Source: Eledone cirrhosa | Taxonomy: Eukaryota | Direction of reading: 5' to 3' | Length of the DNA: 64,000 bases | NCBI GenBank assembly: GCA_964016885.1 | Contig: OZ024740.1 | Coordinates: 390,414,001-390,478,000 of the forward strand | In this document: positions 43,201-57,681 of the stretch, piece by piece | Numbering within the stretch: the first letter of the stretch is position 1 | Layout: every line of letters begins with the position of its first letter | Position numbers and translations under genes: made by a program | Notes under the pieces: generated by a model | The model's database searches: none | Seen by the model: the letters and a program-made list of their open reading frames with translations, nothing else | What the model was told of the DNA's origin: nothing

Positions 43201-45231
43201 AATTCGAGTGAATGTGGAAATACACATATCGAATTAGAGTGCTCAATAGACATGTTAAAATAAAACAAAAGCTATTCATCACTCAATAGAATCGACAAAA
43301 TATGAGCAATAAAATTAACTGGTGGATAGCTATGTCCAGAGCTAAATATATTAGAAAGATCGAGTATCGAAAAATCGGCGCACGAGTTAACGAAAAACGA
43401 AATCCGATATGAGCGGCAGAGGGCTCAATAATTCAGATGAATCAGAGCTATAACTATCGTTAAAATACCGTCACATATAGAACAAGTCTACAATCAACCA
43501 TACGATTTAAAATCGATAAAGGAAGATTCGGGCCAAACAGATAAAAAATATCAATAAAACAATACGTCAATAATTTAAATGAATGTAAAATCATACCCGG
43601 ACCCACTAGAAAGGTGTTAAATCTAGCTTCATGGGTTTCTGTAAATCCTTAGACAGTACTCTATCAGCTCACATATAAATATAAAAGCCTACTAGAATAA
43701 GTGGAATGGAGTTTACGTTGTCAACGAGTTTTATCCTGGCGGCAAAGGAGTCAACTAGCGGTGAAAAACGCACATGGCATTAGACAAGGGAGATGACCCC
43801 TATATCCGCGAAAATAATTCGAGTGAATGTGGAAATACACATATCGAATTAGAGTGCTCAATAGACATGTTAAAATAAAACAAAAGCTATTCATCACTCA
43901 ATAGAATCGACAAAATATGAGCAATAAAATTAACTGGTGGATAGCTATGTCCAGAGCTAAATATATTAGAAAGATCGAGTATCGAAAAATCGGCGCACGA
44001 GTTAACGAAAAACGAAATCCGATATGAGCGGCAGAGGGCTCAATAATTCAGATGAATCAGAGCTATAACTATCGTTAAAATACCGTCACATATAGAACAA
44101 GTCTACAATCAACCATACGATTTAAAATCGATAAAGGAAGATTCGGGCCAAACAGATAAAAAATATCAATAAAACAATACGTCAATAATTTAAATGAATG
44201 TAAAATCATACCCGGACCCACTAGAAAGGTGTTAAATCTAGCTTCATGGGTTTCTGTAAATCCTTAGACAGTACTCTATCAGCTCACATATAAATATAAA
44301 AGCCTACTAGAATAAGTGGAATGGAGTTTACGTTGTCAACGAGTTTTATCCTGGCGGCAAAGGAGTCAACTAGCGGTGAAAAACGCACATGGCATTAGAC
44401 AAGGGAGATGACCCCTATATCCGCGAAAATAATTCGAGTGAATGTGGAAATACACATATCGAATTAGAGTGCTCAATAGACATGTTAAAATAAAACAAAA
44501 GCTATTCATCACTCAATAGAATCGACAAAATATGAGCAATAAAATTAACTGGTGGATAGCTATGTCCAGAGCTAAATATATTAGAAAGATCGAGTATCGA
44601 AAAATCGGCGCACGAGTTAACGAAAAACGAAATCCGATATGAGCGGCAGAGGGCTCAATAATTCAGATGAATCAGAGCTATAACTATCGTTAAAATACCG
44701 TCACATATAGAACAAGTCTACAATCAACCATACGATTTAAAATCGATAAAGGAAGATTCGGGCCAAACAGATAAAAAATATCAATAAAACAATACGTCAA
44801 TAATTTAAATGAATGTAAAATCATACCCGGACCCACTAGAAAGGTGTTAAATCTAGCTTCATGGGTTTCTGTAAATCCTTAGACAGTACTCTATCAGCTC
44901 ACATATAAATATAAAAGCCTACTAGAATAAGTGGAATGGAGTTTACGTTGTCAACGAGTTTTATCCTGGCGGCAAAGGAGTCAACTAGCGGTGAAAAACG
45001 CACATGGCATTAGACAAGGGAGATGACCCCTATATCCGCGAAAATAATTCGAGTGAATGTGGAAATACACATATCGAATTAGAGTGCTCAATAGACATGT
45101 TAAAATAAAACAAAAGCTATTCATCACTCAATAGAATCGACAAAATATGAGCAATAAAATTAACTGGTGGATAGCTATGTCCAGAGCTAAATATATTAGA
45201 AAGATCGAGTATCGAAAAATCGGCGCACGAG

Positions 45232-45234
<3 letters not shown>
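40276..45234 (-). repeat. tandem array of 8 full 615-bp units plus a ~39-bp partial unit, retrozyme-like
   Basis: Unit starts at 40276, 40891, 41506, 42121, 42736, 43351, 43966, 44581 and 45196. Units are nearly identical (one A->G noticed at 41660). (TA)n on both sides. Confidence 0.97.
40520..40654 (-). ncRNA. variant hammerhead ribozyme (U3-A8 core, extended stem II), repeated every 615 bp through 44825-44959
   Basis: Minus strand: ACTCG TTGACAA C GTAAA(C)TCC [59 nt] GGATTTAC A GAA ACCCA..CTAGA..TCTAG TGGGT C^CGGGT. Confidence 0.65.
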
Positions 45235-45263
<29 letters not shown>

Positions 45264-45397
45264 CTTTATCCCGGGTTCAATCGGGTGTAACAACAGTAAG
45301 TAAGGTACTCAATACAAAGCAGAGTATAAATATTTAATATAGAAATGGGTTCTACAGGACTAGAACTGTTTAATTCGGGAGAGATCATCATCATCAT

Positions 45398-45540
<143 letters not shown>

Positions 45541-45809
45541 AACGGCGGTTTTCTGCATTTTCCGTCTACCAAATTATTGGTCATCCTCAGGCTGTAGTTG
45601 AAGTGCTGCATTGTAGCATTGAACCCGAAACCACGTGTTTGCGCCTCTGTGTTTGTCTCTCTCTCTCTCTCTCTGTCTCTCTCACTCTCTCTCTCTCTCT
45701 CTCTATGTATATATATATATATGTATATATATGTATTTCATTCATAATGTCGGTCTAAAACAACAGGTGTAACATTGTCAACATTCCACACCTTCCAATT
45801 ATTTCTAAT

Positions 45810-45820
45810 ATTGTTGTTGT

Positions 45821-45851
<31 letters not shown>

Positions 45852-45907
45852 ACTACTACTACCACCACCACCACTACCACCATGACGACGACGACCACCA
45901 CGACCGG

Positions 45908-45947
<40 letters not shown>

Positions 45948-45978
45948 GTTGCTGCTGCTGCTGCTGCTTCTCATGCTG

Positions 45979-46012
<34 letters not shown>

Positions 46013-46048
46013 CACTACCACCATGACGACGACGACCACCACGACCAG

Positions 46049-46118
<70 letters not shown>

Positions 46119-46124
46119 GTTGCT

Positions 46125-46157
<33 letters not shown>
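45810..46157. repeat. compound trinucleotide repeats (GTT/GCT/ACT/ACC) with an internal duplication
   Basis: Directly visible. Confidence 0.9.
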
Positions 46158-46314
46158 CATGTTTAGTTTCCACCTCAGCTCAGAATGATTAGAATTATGG
46201 CATAAAGTATTCCATCCATGGCAGGTTCAACTACCCCCCCCCCCCCTTCCACAAATTGCCATGATAGAATTATGTGTCTCAACAACATTATTTATGTAGC
46301 ACTATATTATCCTA

Positions 46315-46490
46315 CTGGCAGCATCGGTAGAGCGCCAGACACCATCTTTTGCAGCATAGTTATGGCCCTTTGCGTTCTGAGTTCAAATGCGCCGAGGTTA
46401 ACTTTGCCTTTCATCCTTACGAGGTCGATAAAATAAAGTACCAGTGGTGCACTGGGGTAATCGCTGGCCTTGTGCCAGAAGTAGCAACTC
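46315..46490 (+). mobile_element. tRNA-derived SINE
   Basis: Family consensus. Confidence 0.85.
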
Positions 46491-46823
46491 TATATTATCC
46501 TACATATCCTTTCTTCATCTAAGACAATAATGTGCGATTTGAGGGAGATTTGACTGTTGTTTCTAGCAGATCAAGTGACAACATAGAGGTTCCTCACTCA
46601 GTTGCTAAATTACAATAAAATAAATATGCTACATTATCTCACTCAACTCACAAATCGCAGATGATTAGTACACACACACACATACACATACACACACATA
46701 CACACACATATACAGACTCATATACACATATGCACACTCACATAAACATGTATCATATGTATAGATATTCGTGTGTATATGTACACCCACCCACACATGC
46801 ATATCATATCACATATATATTTA

Positions 46824-46869
<46 letters not shown>

Positions 46870-46990
46870 GCAAAAGTTCTATTTAAATTGTTGGGATACA
46901 GCAAGCAAATATTTTTATAACTGATATAAAGCACTCAACAAGTATTTGGAGTAAACATACGATATATAGTTTCCATTTGTTAATATCGTA

Positions 46991-47039
<49 letters not shown>

Positions 47040-47079
47040 ATGTATGTTTGTATATATGTATATATGTATGTATCTAAAG

Positions 47080-47610
47080 AAGAGGCGGTGTTTCTGTGCG
47101 TGATAGCCATGGCGAAAGAGGTTGTATGGTGGACGCGTCTGAAAGGACTGGGGTCAGACCCCTTTCTCTCTGGCCAACAACTGGTCCGTTTCTTCCAATA
47201 TCATTTCGGAAGAAGGATCAGGATGGAGAGAGAGGGGCTGCACCCCAGCCGTTTTTATGAAAGATGGGTGAAAGTGGCGAGAATGGCCCGTGTGAATGGG
47301 CCTTCACTCTACATCAGACTGTAGGTGAGAAAGATGAAAGATCAAGGGAGCACCCTCTCTCTGTACTCCTGAGGAGAAGGGTTGCACACTTTTTTTTGGG
47401 GGGGGGGGGGAGGGGGTGCGACTCCTCAAGGCGCCTCCTCCCTATTGAGGATTTTGTTATTCAATTTATTTTTGTTATATTTTATATTTTTATATTTTTA
47501 TATTTTGTTATTGCCTCCTCCTTATTGAGGACGCCTTTTTATGTAAACTCCCCCCATTGTACTTGTCCCACTTTTTGATGCCCTGGTGGCAAATAAAAAG
47601 AAAGTTATCT
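47080..47610 (+). mobile_element. Tx1/L1-like LINE 3' fragment
   Basis: AVFLCVIAMAKEVVWWTRLKGL...FYERWVKVARMARVNGPSLYIRL*; homologous to 27215-27660. Confidence 0.7.
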
Positions 47611-47686
47611 ATGTATGTATCTGAATCTATGTATCTATGTATGTGTGTGTGTGTATGTATGTATGTACGTATGTATGTATATATGT

Positions 47687-49134
47687 CGGGTCACCAGTTG
47701 GTGCTACTGGTAACATGTATCCCAGTACAACCTGTCTCATGGTCGGGTCGTTGGCGACTAAACTGGCAACCCCACCAAGGTTTCTTGGTGAGGAGGGTGA
47801 CTTTGGACATCCTGCAGGACTAAAAACAAAACCTGTCAAAGGGCAAAGGAGCTCTTAAGAGTCAATGGCCATCCAAAATCACCGGGAGAGATAACCCCTT
47901 AGCCTTTGTCAAGACAGAATAATAGGAGAAGGAAAACTCTGATATAACACCTGCAACTCTGATGGTATCCAATGATGTTGACTTGTTCTTCTTTTTGGTA
48001 AATATCATCTTGGTTAAGAGAGTGGGACTGGCTTTGTGCAGTGCCTTTGCTCACTATAAAAGCTTCACAGCACAGGCATTGTTTTATATCTGGAGATCTC
48101 TCTGCACCTGTCATCACATGGTACCATGGGCCCAACACTATGTGTCAATAATTGTCACAAGTGTAATGTTTGTACCAGAGTTTTCAAGTCACTGGCTGGA
48201 CTAAACAGTCACACTCGTTCAGCGCATCGGTAGGGGTTCTCCTACATGGATATAAAGTAGTGGCCGTACTCGAAAACGAGTTGGCAGCCACCATGTATGT
48301 ATCTATGTATGTATATATGTATATATGTACGTATGTATGTATGTATGTATGTATGTATGTATGTATGTATGTATGTATGTATGTATGTATGTATGTATGT
48401 ATGCATGTATGTATGTATGAATTTATGTATGTATATATGTATGTACACATGCGTACGTATATATATATATGTATGTATCTATGTATGTATCTATGTATGT
48501 ATCTATGTATGTAAATATGTATGTATGTATGTATGTGTGTGTATGTATGTACGTAACATGTATCCCAGTACAACCTGTCTCATGGTCGGGTCGTTGACGA
48601 CTAAACTGGCAACCCCACCAAGGTTTCTTGGTGAGGAGGGTGACTTTGGACATCCTACAGGACTAAAAACAAAACCTGTCAAAGGGCAAAAGAGCTCTTA
48701 AGAGTCAATGGCCATCCAAAATCACCGGGAGAGATGACCCCTTAGCCTTTGTCAAGGCAGAATTCTAGAAGGAAAACTCTGATATAACACCTGCAACCCT
48801 GATGGTATCCAATGATGTTGACTTGTTCTTCTTTTTGGTAAATATCATCTTGGTTAAGAGAGTGGGACTGGCTTTGTGCAGTGCCTTTGCTCACTATAAA
48901 AGCTTCACGGCACCGGCATTGCTTTATATCTGGAGATCTCTCTGCACTTGTCGTCACATGGTACCATGGGCCCACCACTATGTGTCAGTAATTGTCACAA
49001 GTGTAGTGTTTGTACCAGAGTTTTCAAGTCGCTGGCTGGACTAAAAAGTCACACCCGTTCAGCGCATCGGTAGGGGTTCTCCTACATGGATATAAAGTAG
49101 TGACCGTACACGAAAACGAGTTGGCAGCCACCAT
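47687..49134 (+). mobile_element. two tandem ~600-bp RTE-derived elements (47687-48294, 48553-49134) separated by (ATGT)n
   Basis: Near-identical to the reverse complement of 9146-9749. Confidence 0.8.
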
Positions 49135-49137
49135 GTG

Positions 49138-49171
<34 letters not shown>

Positions 49172-49255
49172 TGTATGTATGTATGTATGTATGTATGTAT
49201 ATGTATGTATGTATATATGTCTGTACACACATGCGTACGTACGTATGTATGTATG

Positions 49256-49289
<34 letters not shown>

Positions 49290-50065
49290 TGTATGTATGT
49301 ATGTATGTATGTATGTATGTATGTATGTATGTGCGTATGTGTGTATGTATGTATGTATGTACGTATGTATGTGTATGTATGTGTGTTTGTGTCTGTATAT
49401 AAGTTTTCTACTCAACTATGTATGATATTAGTAGATGGAAATTGGTGGCCTTGTGCCTAGATAAAATATCAATACAGCAGTGGCTGTTGTATAGCCAGGT
49501 TTTAATGTAATAGAAGTCTTCTTATTATTGACCCCCATGTTAGCACTTATTCAGTAGACCTATGGTCAAGGACCTTCCAGACGATAGCGACCCCTTTTTT
49601 GTATATTCTGGACTTTTTTTTAAAGGTGTTATCCAAAGGCTACGATTTCTAGAAAGTCGAGTTACTGTCTGGAGCTTACTTCTTTGGTGTTTTAAATAAT
49701 TGTTGTTGTTGTTGTTGTTGTTTAGTCCCAGGTTAGCCTTGGTTGGGCAGTCCTATGATCGATGATATTTCATCTGTGACCATCCTGTCATTTTTTTATT
49801 TTGTAGGAGGGGCTCAAAAATTAGTTGTAGTGCACCCGAGCACTGTACACAATAATAATAATAATTATGTTTTATTAGCAATATTACAGAACCCTTTTTT
49901 TAAAAGATGATGGAGGGTGAAAGAGAGATTTAGTTGTAATGTCTAACAGATCGAGTGACCGTGTTACGGATTTCTCTTTCATTCGTGTAATAGGAGTACT
50001 AGTAATAGTAGTGGCAATCGTTGGAGGTTATCGTTAAATGTGATTTGGTAGTGAAGACGTCTCGC

Positions 50066-50533
<468 letters not shown>

Positions 50534-50870
50534 TTAGACCTTGACGTATCATGTCTTTACAACTGTTTTGCAGCTAGATCGCCGCCACTATTACATGGAA
50601 AAAACACCACTCCTCCCCTCTACTACAACCACTATCGTCTGTAAGGAACCTCGACTTGCTAGAAGTAGCTGTCATATCTCCACCTCTGATCAAACTCTAG
50701 CCCCATGTGCAGTATGTCAGAATAAAATACAGAATGGTCACGACTGGAATGGCTTTTGACCATAGGTCAATAGTGTCAAGACTGATAAACCCATAGAAAT
50801 AGCAGTCAAATCTCCTTTAAACAACACAAAAATGTCTTAAAACGGAAGGATACATTAGATAATATAGTCA

Positions 50871-50941
<71 letters not shown>

Positions 50942-51167
50942 ACACATACACATACACACACACACATACTAAGAAATGGTCGCGGATGGAACGCCTATGA
51001 TCATAGTTCAGCTTAGAGCAGAGCTGACCATAAGCTAAAAAAGACCTATCACATCTATATTTTCCATTGCTCCAAGTTGACGGCGGTGTTTCTATGTGGT
51101 TGATCTAACTGCTAAAAATAGTAGCCAAATCACTCATGAATTGCGCTAACATCATAAAGCCACCAGA

Positions 51168-52088
51168 GCACCACCACAACAACAACAACCACCACCAGAA
51201 CCACCACCACCAGAACCACCACCACAACAACAACCACCACCACAACAACAACCACAACACCACCACAACAACCACAACACCACCACAACAACCACAACCA
51301 CCACCACAACAACCACCACCACCACCACCACCACTACCACACAACGACAACCACACCACCACCACAACAACAACAACCACACCACCACCACCACCACCAC
51401 CACCACACAACAACAACCACACCACCACAATCACCACCACCACCACCACTACCACCACCACTACCACCACCACCACCAGACCACCAGCACAAACATCCAC
51501 AACCACCACAACCATCACAACCATCACCACCACCGCAACCACCACCACAACCATCACTACCACAACCACCACCACAACCACCACAACCACCACCACCACA
51601 ACCACCACCACCACAACCACCACCACCACCACCACCACCACCACCACCACCACAACCACCACCACCACCACCACCACCACAACCACCACAACCACCACCA
51701 CCACAACCACCACCACCACCACCACAACCACCACCACCACAACCACCACCACCACCACCACCACCACAACCACCACAACCACCACAACCACCACCACCAC
51801 TACAACCACCACCACCACCACCACCACTACAACCACCACCACTACCACCACCACCACCACCACTACCACCACCACAACCACCACAACCACCACCACCACT
51901 ACAACCACCACCACCACAACCACCACCACCACCACCACCACTACAACCACCACCACTACCACCACAACCACCACCACCACCACCACCACCACCACCACCA
52001 CCACCACTACAACCACCACCACTACCACCACCACCACCACCACCACCACCACCACCACCACCACCACCACCACTACACCATCACCACC

Positions 52089-52131
<43 letters not shown>

Positions 52132-52308
52132 CTACTACTACTACCACTACTACTACAACTACTACTACTACTACAACTACTACTACTACTACAACAACTA
52201 CTACTACTACTACTACTACTACAACAATTACTACTATTACAACAACTACTACTACTACTACTACAACAACTACTACTACTACTACTACAACAACAACTAC
52301 TACTACTA
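51168..52308. repeat. (CAC/CAA/CTA)n trinucleotide low-complexity tract
   Basis: Directly visible. Confidence 0.95.
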
Positions 52309-52581
52309 TTTGTTTTACAACTTCGTTCAATGTTTGTTCAATGTTTTTCCCCAGTTTATTTTTCGACATTTATATTTTCCTGCTAAGATCTGTCATCTTG
52401 TGTGACCCCCTCCCCCCTCGTAGCGGATGGCTTGTTGTTTCAATGAGGAACTAGCTGTATCATCATTACATCATATCAGAGAGAGGGGGGAGGGGTTGCA
52501 TGACAGAGAGAGAGGAGTTGTGATGGGGAGTGAGGGGGAGAGATTGTACGAAAGAGAGAAAGAGAGGGTGCTCGAAGGAGA

Positions 52582-52621
<40 letters not shown>

Positions 52622-52690
52622 GGAGAGGGTGCACGAAAAAGTGAAAGAAAGTGAGGGAGGGAAAGAACGAGAGGGAGAGAGAGGGAGAGA

Positions 52691-52741
<51 letters not shown>

Positions 52742-53321
52742 TGATATGACGTCATTTAACAGTTCTGTCACTTTTTCATATTCTTCATCGTTCTTTCTAG
52801 TAAATGGCTTTCACAATCCAAATAAGCTTTAACGCACTCCTACTCATTCCTACATAAGTACATGCGCACAACACGCACAGACGCAGAACCGGAAGCAATC
52901 CACGCCTACACTCACACGACCACACATGTAGCTACATGTGTGAGTGTGCGTGCGTGTGTGCGTGCGTGTGTGTATGCGTGTGTGTGTCCGTGTGTGTGTG
53001 CGTGTTTGTGTGTCCGTGTGTGTCCGTGTGTGTTTGTGTGTCCGTGTGTGTGTGTGTCCGTGTGTGTGTGTGTTCGTGTGTGTGTGTATGTGTGTGTGTT
53101 TGTGTCTCTGTGTGTGTCTCTCTGACGCTTTCTTTGGATCTCAAACTCTTGATGTAGGGGTAATTTGTCTCGATCATTTTAAACATGGCAGAGTCGATCA
53201 CTCCTCATGTTTGAATAAAGCCGATTTCTCTTGAAGGGTGGGGACAAGTGTGTATAAGTGAGAGAGAGAGAGAGAGAAGGGGGCGGGGAGGAGGAGAAAG
53301 AGAAGATGACGGTGAGAAATA

Positions 53322-53430
53322 TTAATTGTTTCTACTTTTGGCACAAGGCCAGCAATTACCCCAGTGCATTACTGCTTCTTTATTTTATCGACCCCGTAAG
53401 GATAAAAGGCAAAGTTAACCTTGGCGGGAT
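53322..53430 (-). mobile_element. partial SINE
   Basis: Reverse complement of the SINE 3' half. Confidence 0.8.
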
Positions 53431-53558
53431 TATCAACCCTGTTACTAGAGTAGTTCTTTATTTATCGGCCTCGAAAAAAAGAACTGCAAAATTGGCGTCA
53501 GTGAGTGTTCTATCTGATGTTCTAAAGATTCTGCCAATTCGCGTTGTGTGCGTAGATA

Positions 53559-53624
<66 letters not shown>

Positions 53625-53876
53625 TTCAAAATATTAACAAAAATACAACTTCTTGTGATCAAGTATATTTTATTATACATATTTCAGAGGTACTGAGCTA
53701 ACTTTTGAATTAATATTAATAACTCCAGAAAACCATACTGTTGAGTGCTTCCAATCTATTGTAAAACTAATTCTTTGATTTATTAATTGGACCTTGTTTA
53801 ACCTTTAAATATATATATATGCTGCCAATACCTTAATGGGACACGGGTATACAATACCTAACTCCTATTAACCTAA

Positions 53877-53911
<35 letters not shown>

Positions 53912-53914
<3 letters not shown>

Positions 53915-54717
53915 ATAATAAATGAAAAATTAGAAATAGAAGCCAGGAATATCCGTCATCAGTGGTCTACTAGCCTTCATAGGTATTTCTTCGCATTACA
54001 GACCATATACCTGAAGCTGTGGTCTGTAATGCGAAGAAATGATGGCTAGTAGACCACGGATGACAGATATTCCTGGCTTCTATTTCTAATTCTTCATTTA
54101 TTATATATATCCTATTTGCAACAACACAGCTCGCCATTTTTCATTCATATGTGCCTTCCCCTTCGCTGTGACCTGTCTTTTTCTCTTCCCTTACCGCTAT
54201 CCTCTTTTTCTCTTCCCCTTCTCTCTCCTTCTCCCTCTTACTTTTACTCACTCCCTCTGCTAGTCACCCTCTCTCGGCTAGCCTCTTCCTCACACTTTCA
54301 CTCACTCACTCTCTGCTACTCACCATCTCTCTCACTTTCTCCATCGTCCCACACCGTACGAGATTCTTTCGTCGCTCACATCCGCACGGCCAAGATGTGT
54401 CTTTGCCTTCTCGTCAATATTCACAGGTTCTTATGTTCGAAATGAATCATTGATTTGATTTTCTCATTTTTTCCTCTCTTTACGTTGCCTCACCATTCGT
54501 GTTTGTTTACCTGGCTCTCTTTCTCCACCCAACTCTTTTTATCCCGATAACTTAATTTAGTTATTGTATCACCCTAGCTTCAGGTATATGGTCTGTAATG
54601 CGAAGAAATACCTATGATGGCTAGTAGACCACTGATGACGGATATTCCTGGCTTCTATTTCTAATTCTTCATTTATTATATATATCATATTTGCAACAAC
54701 ACAGCTCGCCATTTTTC

Positions 54718-54720
<3 letters not shown>
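53912..54720. mobile_element. PLE-like element with direct terminal repeats and an inverted 5' copy
   Basis: ~54020-54145 repeats at ~54588-54720; 53915-54018 is the inverse of ~54576-54680. Inserted in (TA)n. Confidence 0.65.
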
Positions 54721-54783
<63 letters not shown>

Positions 54784-55054
54784 AACAGGGAGGTGATTCA
54801 AGAACACGCGCCTTGTCCGCTCCCTTGTCGTTTCTGTTTGGATTGCTTGGGAACGTAACCTTATTATATAAGAAGCTGTCTGATGATGTCATGGCACTGA
54901 GTACACGGAATCGTGTGACCACTGTCGTCATTGAAATATGTATCACATTATCAATAAAGGACTTTAACATCTGAAAGTACTTCGCATTTTCTCATTCTCT
55001 CTCTATATATATGTGTGTGTGTGCGTGTGTGTGTGCGTGTGTGTGTGTGTGTGT

Positions 55055-55106
<52 letters not shown>

Positions 55107-55537
55107 CCTCACACACATAGTGTCTTGATATGGGGCTTAATTCCTCAGCAGCCAATGCCAACTTCTTTTTCCGTCTTTCCAGGGTCTTCACTCTATTTTT
55201 ATAAACTATTCTTATAGCATCTCTGCGCTTCAGCACATCATCCTTTATACTTATACTTTATAATTATAATTTTATATATATATGTATATATATGTAGGAG
55301 GTGAGTTTTATTAATTTGAAGTTTTATTGCTCACTACAGCATTTTCCATTTTTCCATTTTTCCATTTTCCTCATATTATTGGCCATAGAAACTATATTTT
55401 TTTATACATAATAATATTACCATTAGGAAATTTTTGTAAACATATATACTTTTTGACGTTAGATATCTTCTTCCTTAAATTCTCTTTTTTCTTCTCTCCT
55501 TCGGTGCTCGTTTTAAACCTATTATTTACTTTTACAT

Positions 55538-55723
55538 AAGGGCGGTGGATTAGCAGTATCGGTAGAGGGTCGGACGCCATGCTTTCCAGCATAGTTACGT
55601 CCCTTTACCATCTGAGTTCAAATCCCGCCGAGGTTGACTTTGCCTTTCATCCTTACGGGGTCGATAAAATAAAGTACCAGTAATGCACTGGTAATTGCTG
55701 GCCTTGTGCCTAAAGTAGAAACA
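55538..55723 (+). mobile_element. full-length SINE with 17-bp TSD
   Basis: TSD ATTATTTACTTTTACAT at 55521-55537 and 55724-55740. Confidence 0.92.
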
Positions 55724-56291
55724 ATTATTTACTTTTACATATTACAATACATAAAAACAAACTTAAACCCTAACTAATTCCTCTAAGTTCATAATTCATT
55801 TATTCTTCTCCTTCTCTCACATTATATCCTTAATATTATTAATATTTTTATTTTAATAATACATATTAATAATTTTTTTCGCACATATTATTAAACCCTT
55901 CAATATATAAACCTTTAATACTATTCTTAATTCCTTTTTCTTTAATCATAAACATCAACATCAATAAACCTCATTAACTCTTAATTTCAAAATCTTTTTA
56001 AATTATCTATTATCTTCCAACGGTTTTTTTAATTTCTCTTTGTGAGTCAATGTTTTTCTCAGTTGTAAAGGCTATTTCTCTCTCTCTATCACTCATTTCT
56101 CCTCCTCTCTCATCCTTCCTTCTTATACTCCTCCCACTTCATCCTTTATTTTCTTTCTTCCTCTTCCTTACCATTTCCTACCCCCCTCCTTTTTTTCCCA
56201 ATCTCATATATCCATCTCATTTTATTTTTCATATGTTGATTTAAAACTTCACTGCTCACAAGTGTTTTTTAAACTTCATATCATGTTTCCC

Positions 56292-56362
56292 TATTTTATC
56301 TGATGAGAACGCAAATATCATCCCATGATGATATTTGTTTTTGAAATGCGCATAATAAAATA
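56292..56362 (+). ncRNA. type I hammerhead ribozyme with long stem II
   Basis: TATTTTAT CTGATGA GAACG CAAATATCATC CCAT GATGATATTTG TTTTT GAA ATGCGCAT A^ATAAAATA. Confidence 0.7.
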
Positions 56363-56397
56363 CTTGGAACTCTTTTAACCATCTTTTGATCTTATAT

Positions 56398-56457
<60 letters not shown>

Positions 56458-56474
56458 CATAATAAACAACATAG

Positions 56475-56544
56475 TTTCATCTGATGAACGTGCTAAACGT
56501 TTCTGTAAGGATCGTCTAGTTTCTTGAAACCTTTGGTAATGGAA
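56475..56544 (+). ncRNA. degenerate hammerhead with damaged stem II
   Basis: TTTCAT CTGATGA ... GAA ACC TTT GGT A^ATGGAA; stems I and III pair, but the base of stem II does not. Confidence 0.45.
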
Positions 56545-56642
56545 TAATTATATTGTTGTTTATTATTTAATTAAATAGCTCTGTACTATACATACCTTTT
56601 CTACGGAAATACTTAACACACACACCTACACACACACACACA

Positions 56643-56709
<67 letters not shown>

Positions 56710-57097
56710 TTGAAGCTTATTTGAAGCGTGGTGTGTGGTATATAACATTTGAAGTTTGACAATGTGAAATTAAAGTAAAACACGCAAAACCTTGTTTCAC
56801 TCTTTATTCGTCCATTTCACATTGTCGTGGCTTTCAAACTTCAAATTTTATATTTATTGAATGAAATAATTATTGAATAAAATGACATGTGCCGGACTGG
56901 TGAAATTCTTTCAAAGACTTATTTCAGCAAACATTACGTACATTTCAGTGGTATATTGCATAATGGTTATATAATAAAGGAATAATTGTAAACACAACCC
57001 AAGAGGCTATAAGGAGAGAAAACATATAAACAAAGAGCTCGAAGGCGATCAAGAGGGCCAGTTGTTGTCAGAACTTTTTTCTAACTTGTTCAGATAA

Positions 57098-57425
57098 ATG
57101 ATGACACGTATCAATCTAACTCAGCAAATGAAAAAGCACGCTGTAATCGTTGCCTTAAAATTAGTGCATAATGCTTTAGAGACTGCTCACTTCCTGAAAG
57201 CTGCATGGTCGTTTGTTGTCAAAGTTCGCAAAGAACTGGAAGCCACTGACAGGGATTCTACAACAGAAGTCAAACGTAAAACACCTAAGGTTCTAATACC
57301 ATCAGAACATCCAAATTTGTACGAAAGAAAATGCAGAAAATTAGCGATAAGAACCCAGAGAATCAATTAGCACCATTGCTAAGGTACTCAAGGTTTCATC
57401 ACACACTATCGGAAGAATTGTAATC
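57098..57425 (+). mobile_element. Tc1/mariner (maT-like) transposase N-terminal remnant
   Basis: KKHAVIVALK..ETAHFLK..FVVKVRKELE, then frameshifted IRTSKFVRK and TIAKVLKVSSHTIGRIV (HTH-like). Confidence 0.6.
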
Positions 57426-57433
57426 CCCAAGAC

Positions 57434-57681
57434 CAGGGGTTCTCAAAGTTGGCGGTATTGCCCCCGGGGGGAGGGGGCGTTGAAATATAGTAAAATAAAA
57501 AGATTATGCTATTTATTTATACATAGTATATATATTATTTATTATATATCAATTAACGATTTTATTTATATATCATTTACAATTTGCGTGTAGGCGGGTC
57601 TCTCTGGAAATAGGGTTGGGGGTGGTGAGGTTATTACGTGGCCTTGAGGGGGGCAGTGGCCCAAAAGTTTGGGAACCTCTG
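57434..57681. mobile_element. hAT-superfamily MITE
   Basis: TIRs CAGGGGTTCTCAAAGTT / AAGTTTGGGAACCTCTG; 8-bp TSD CCCAAGAC / CCCTAGAC. Confidence 0.85.

Larger units (their letters stand above)
55290..56400 (+). mobile_element. AT-rich PLE-like non-autonomous element containing a SINE insertion
   Basis: Both ends recur joined together at 19712-19822. Hammerhead near the 3' end. Confidence 0.6.

Noticed and set aside
40276-45234. coding repeat (615 is divisible by 3), or a 5S/snRNA/histone tandem cluster
   Set aside because: No ORF of 60 aa or more in the track, and no recognisable 5S, snRNA, tRNA or histone sequence.
54716-54974. overlapping short ORFs as a host exon
   Set aside because: No recognisable protein similarity and only weak splice signals.
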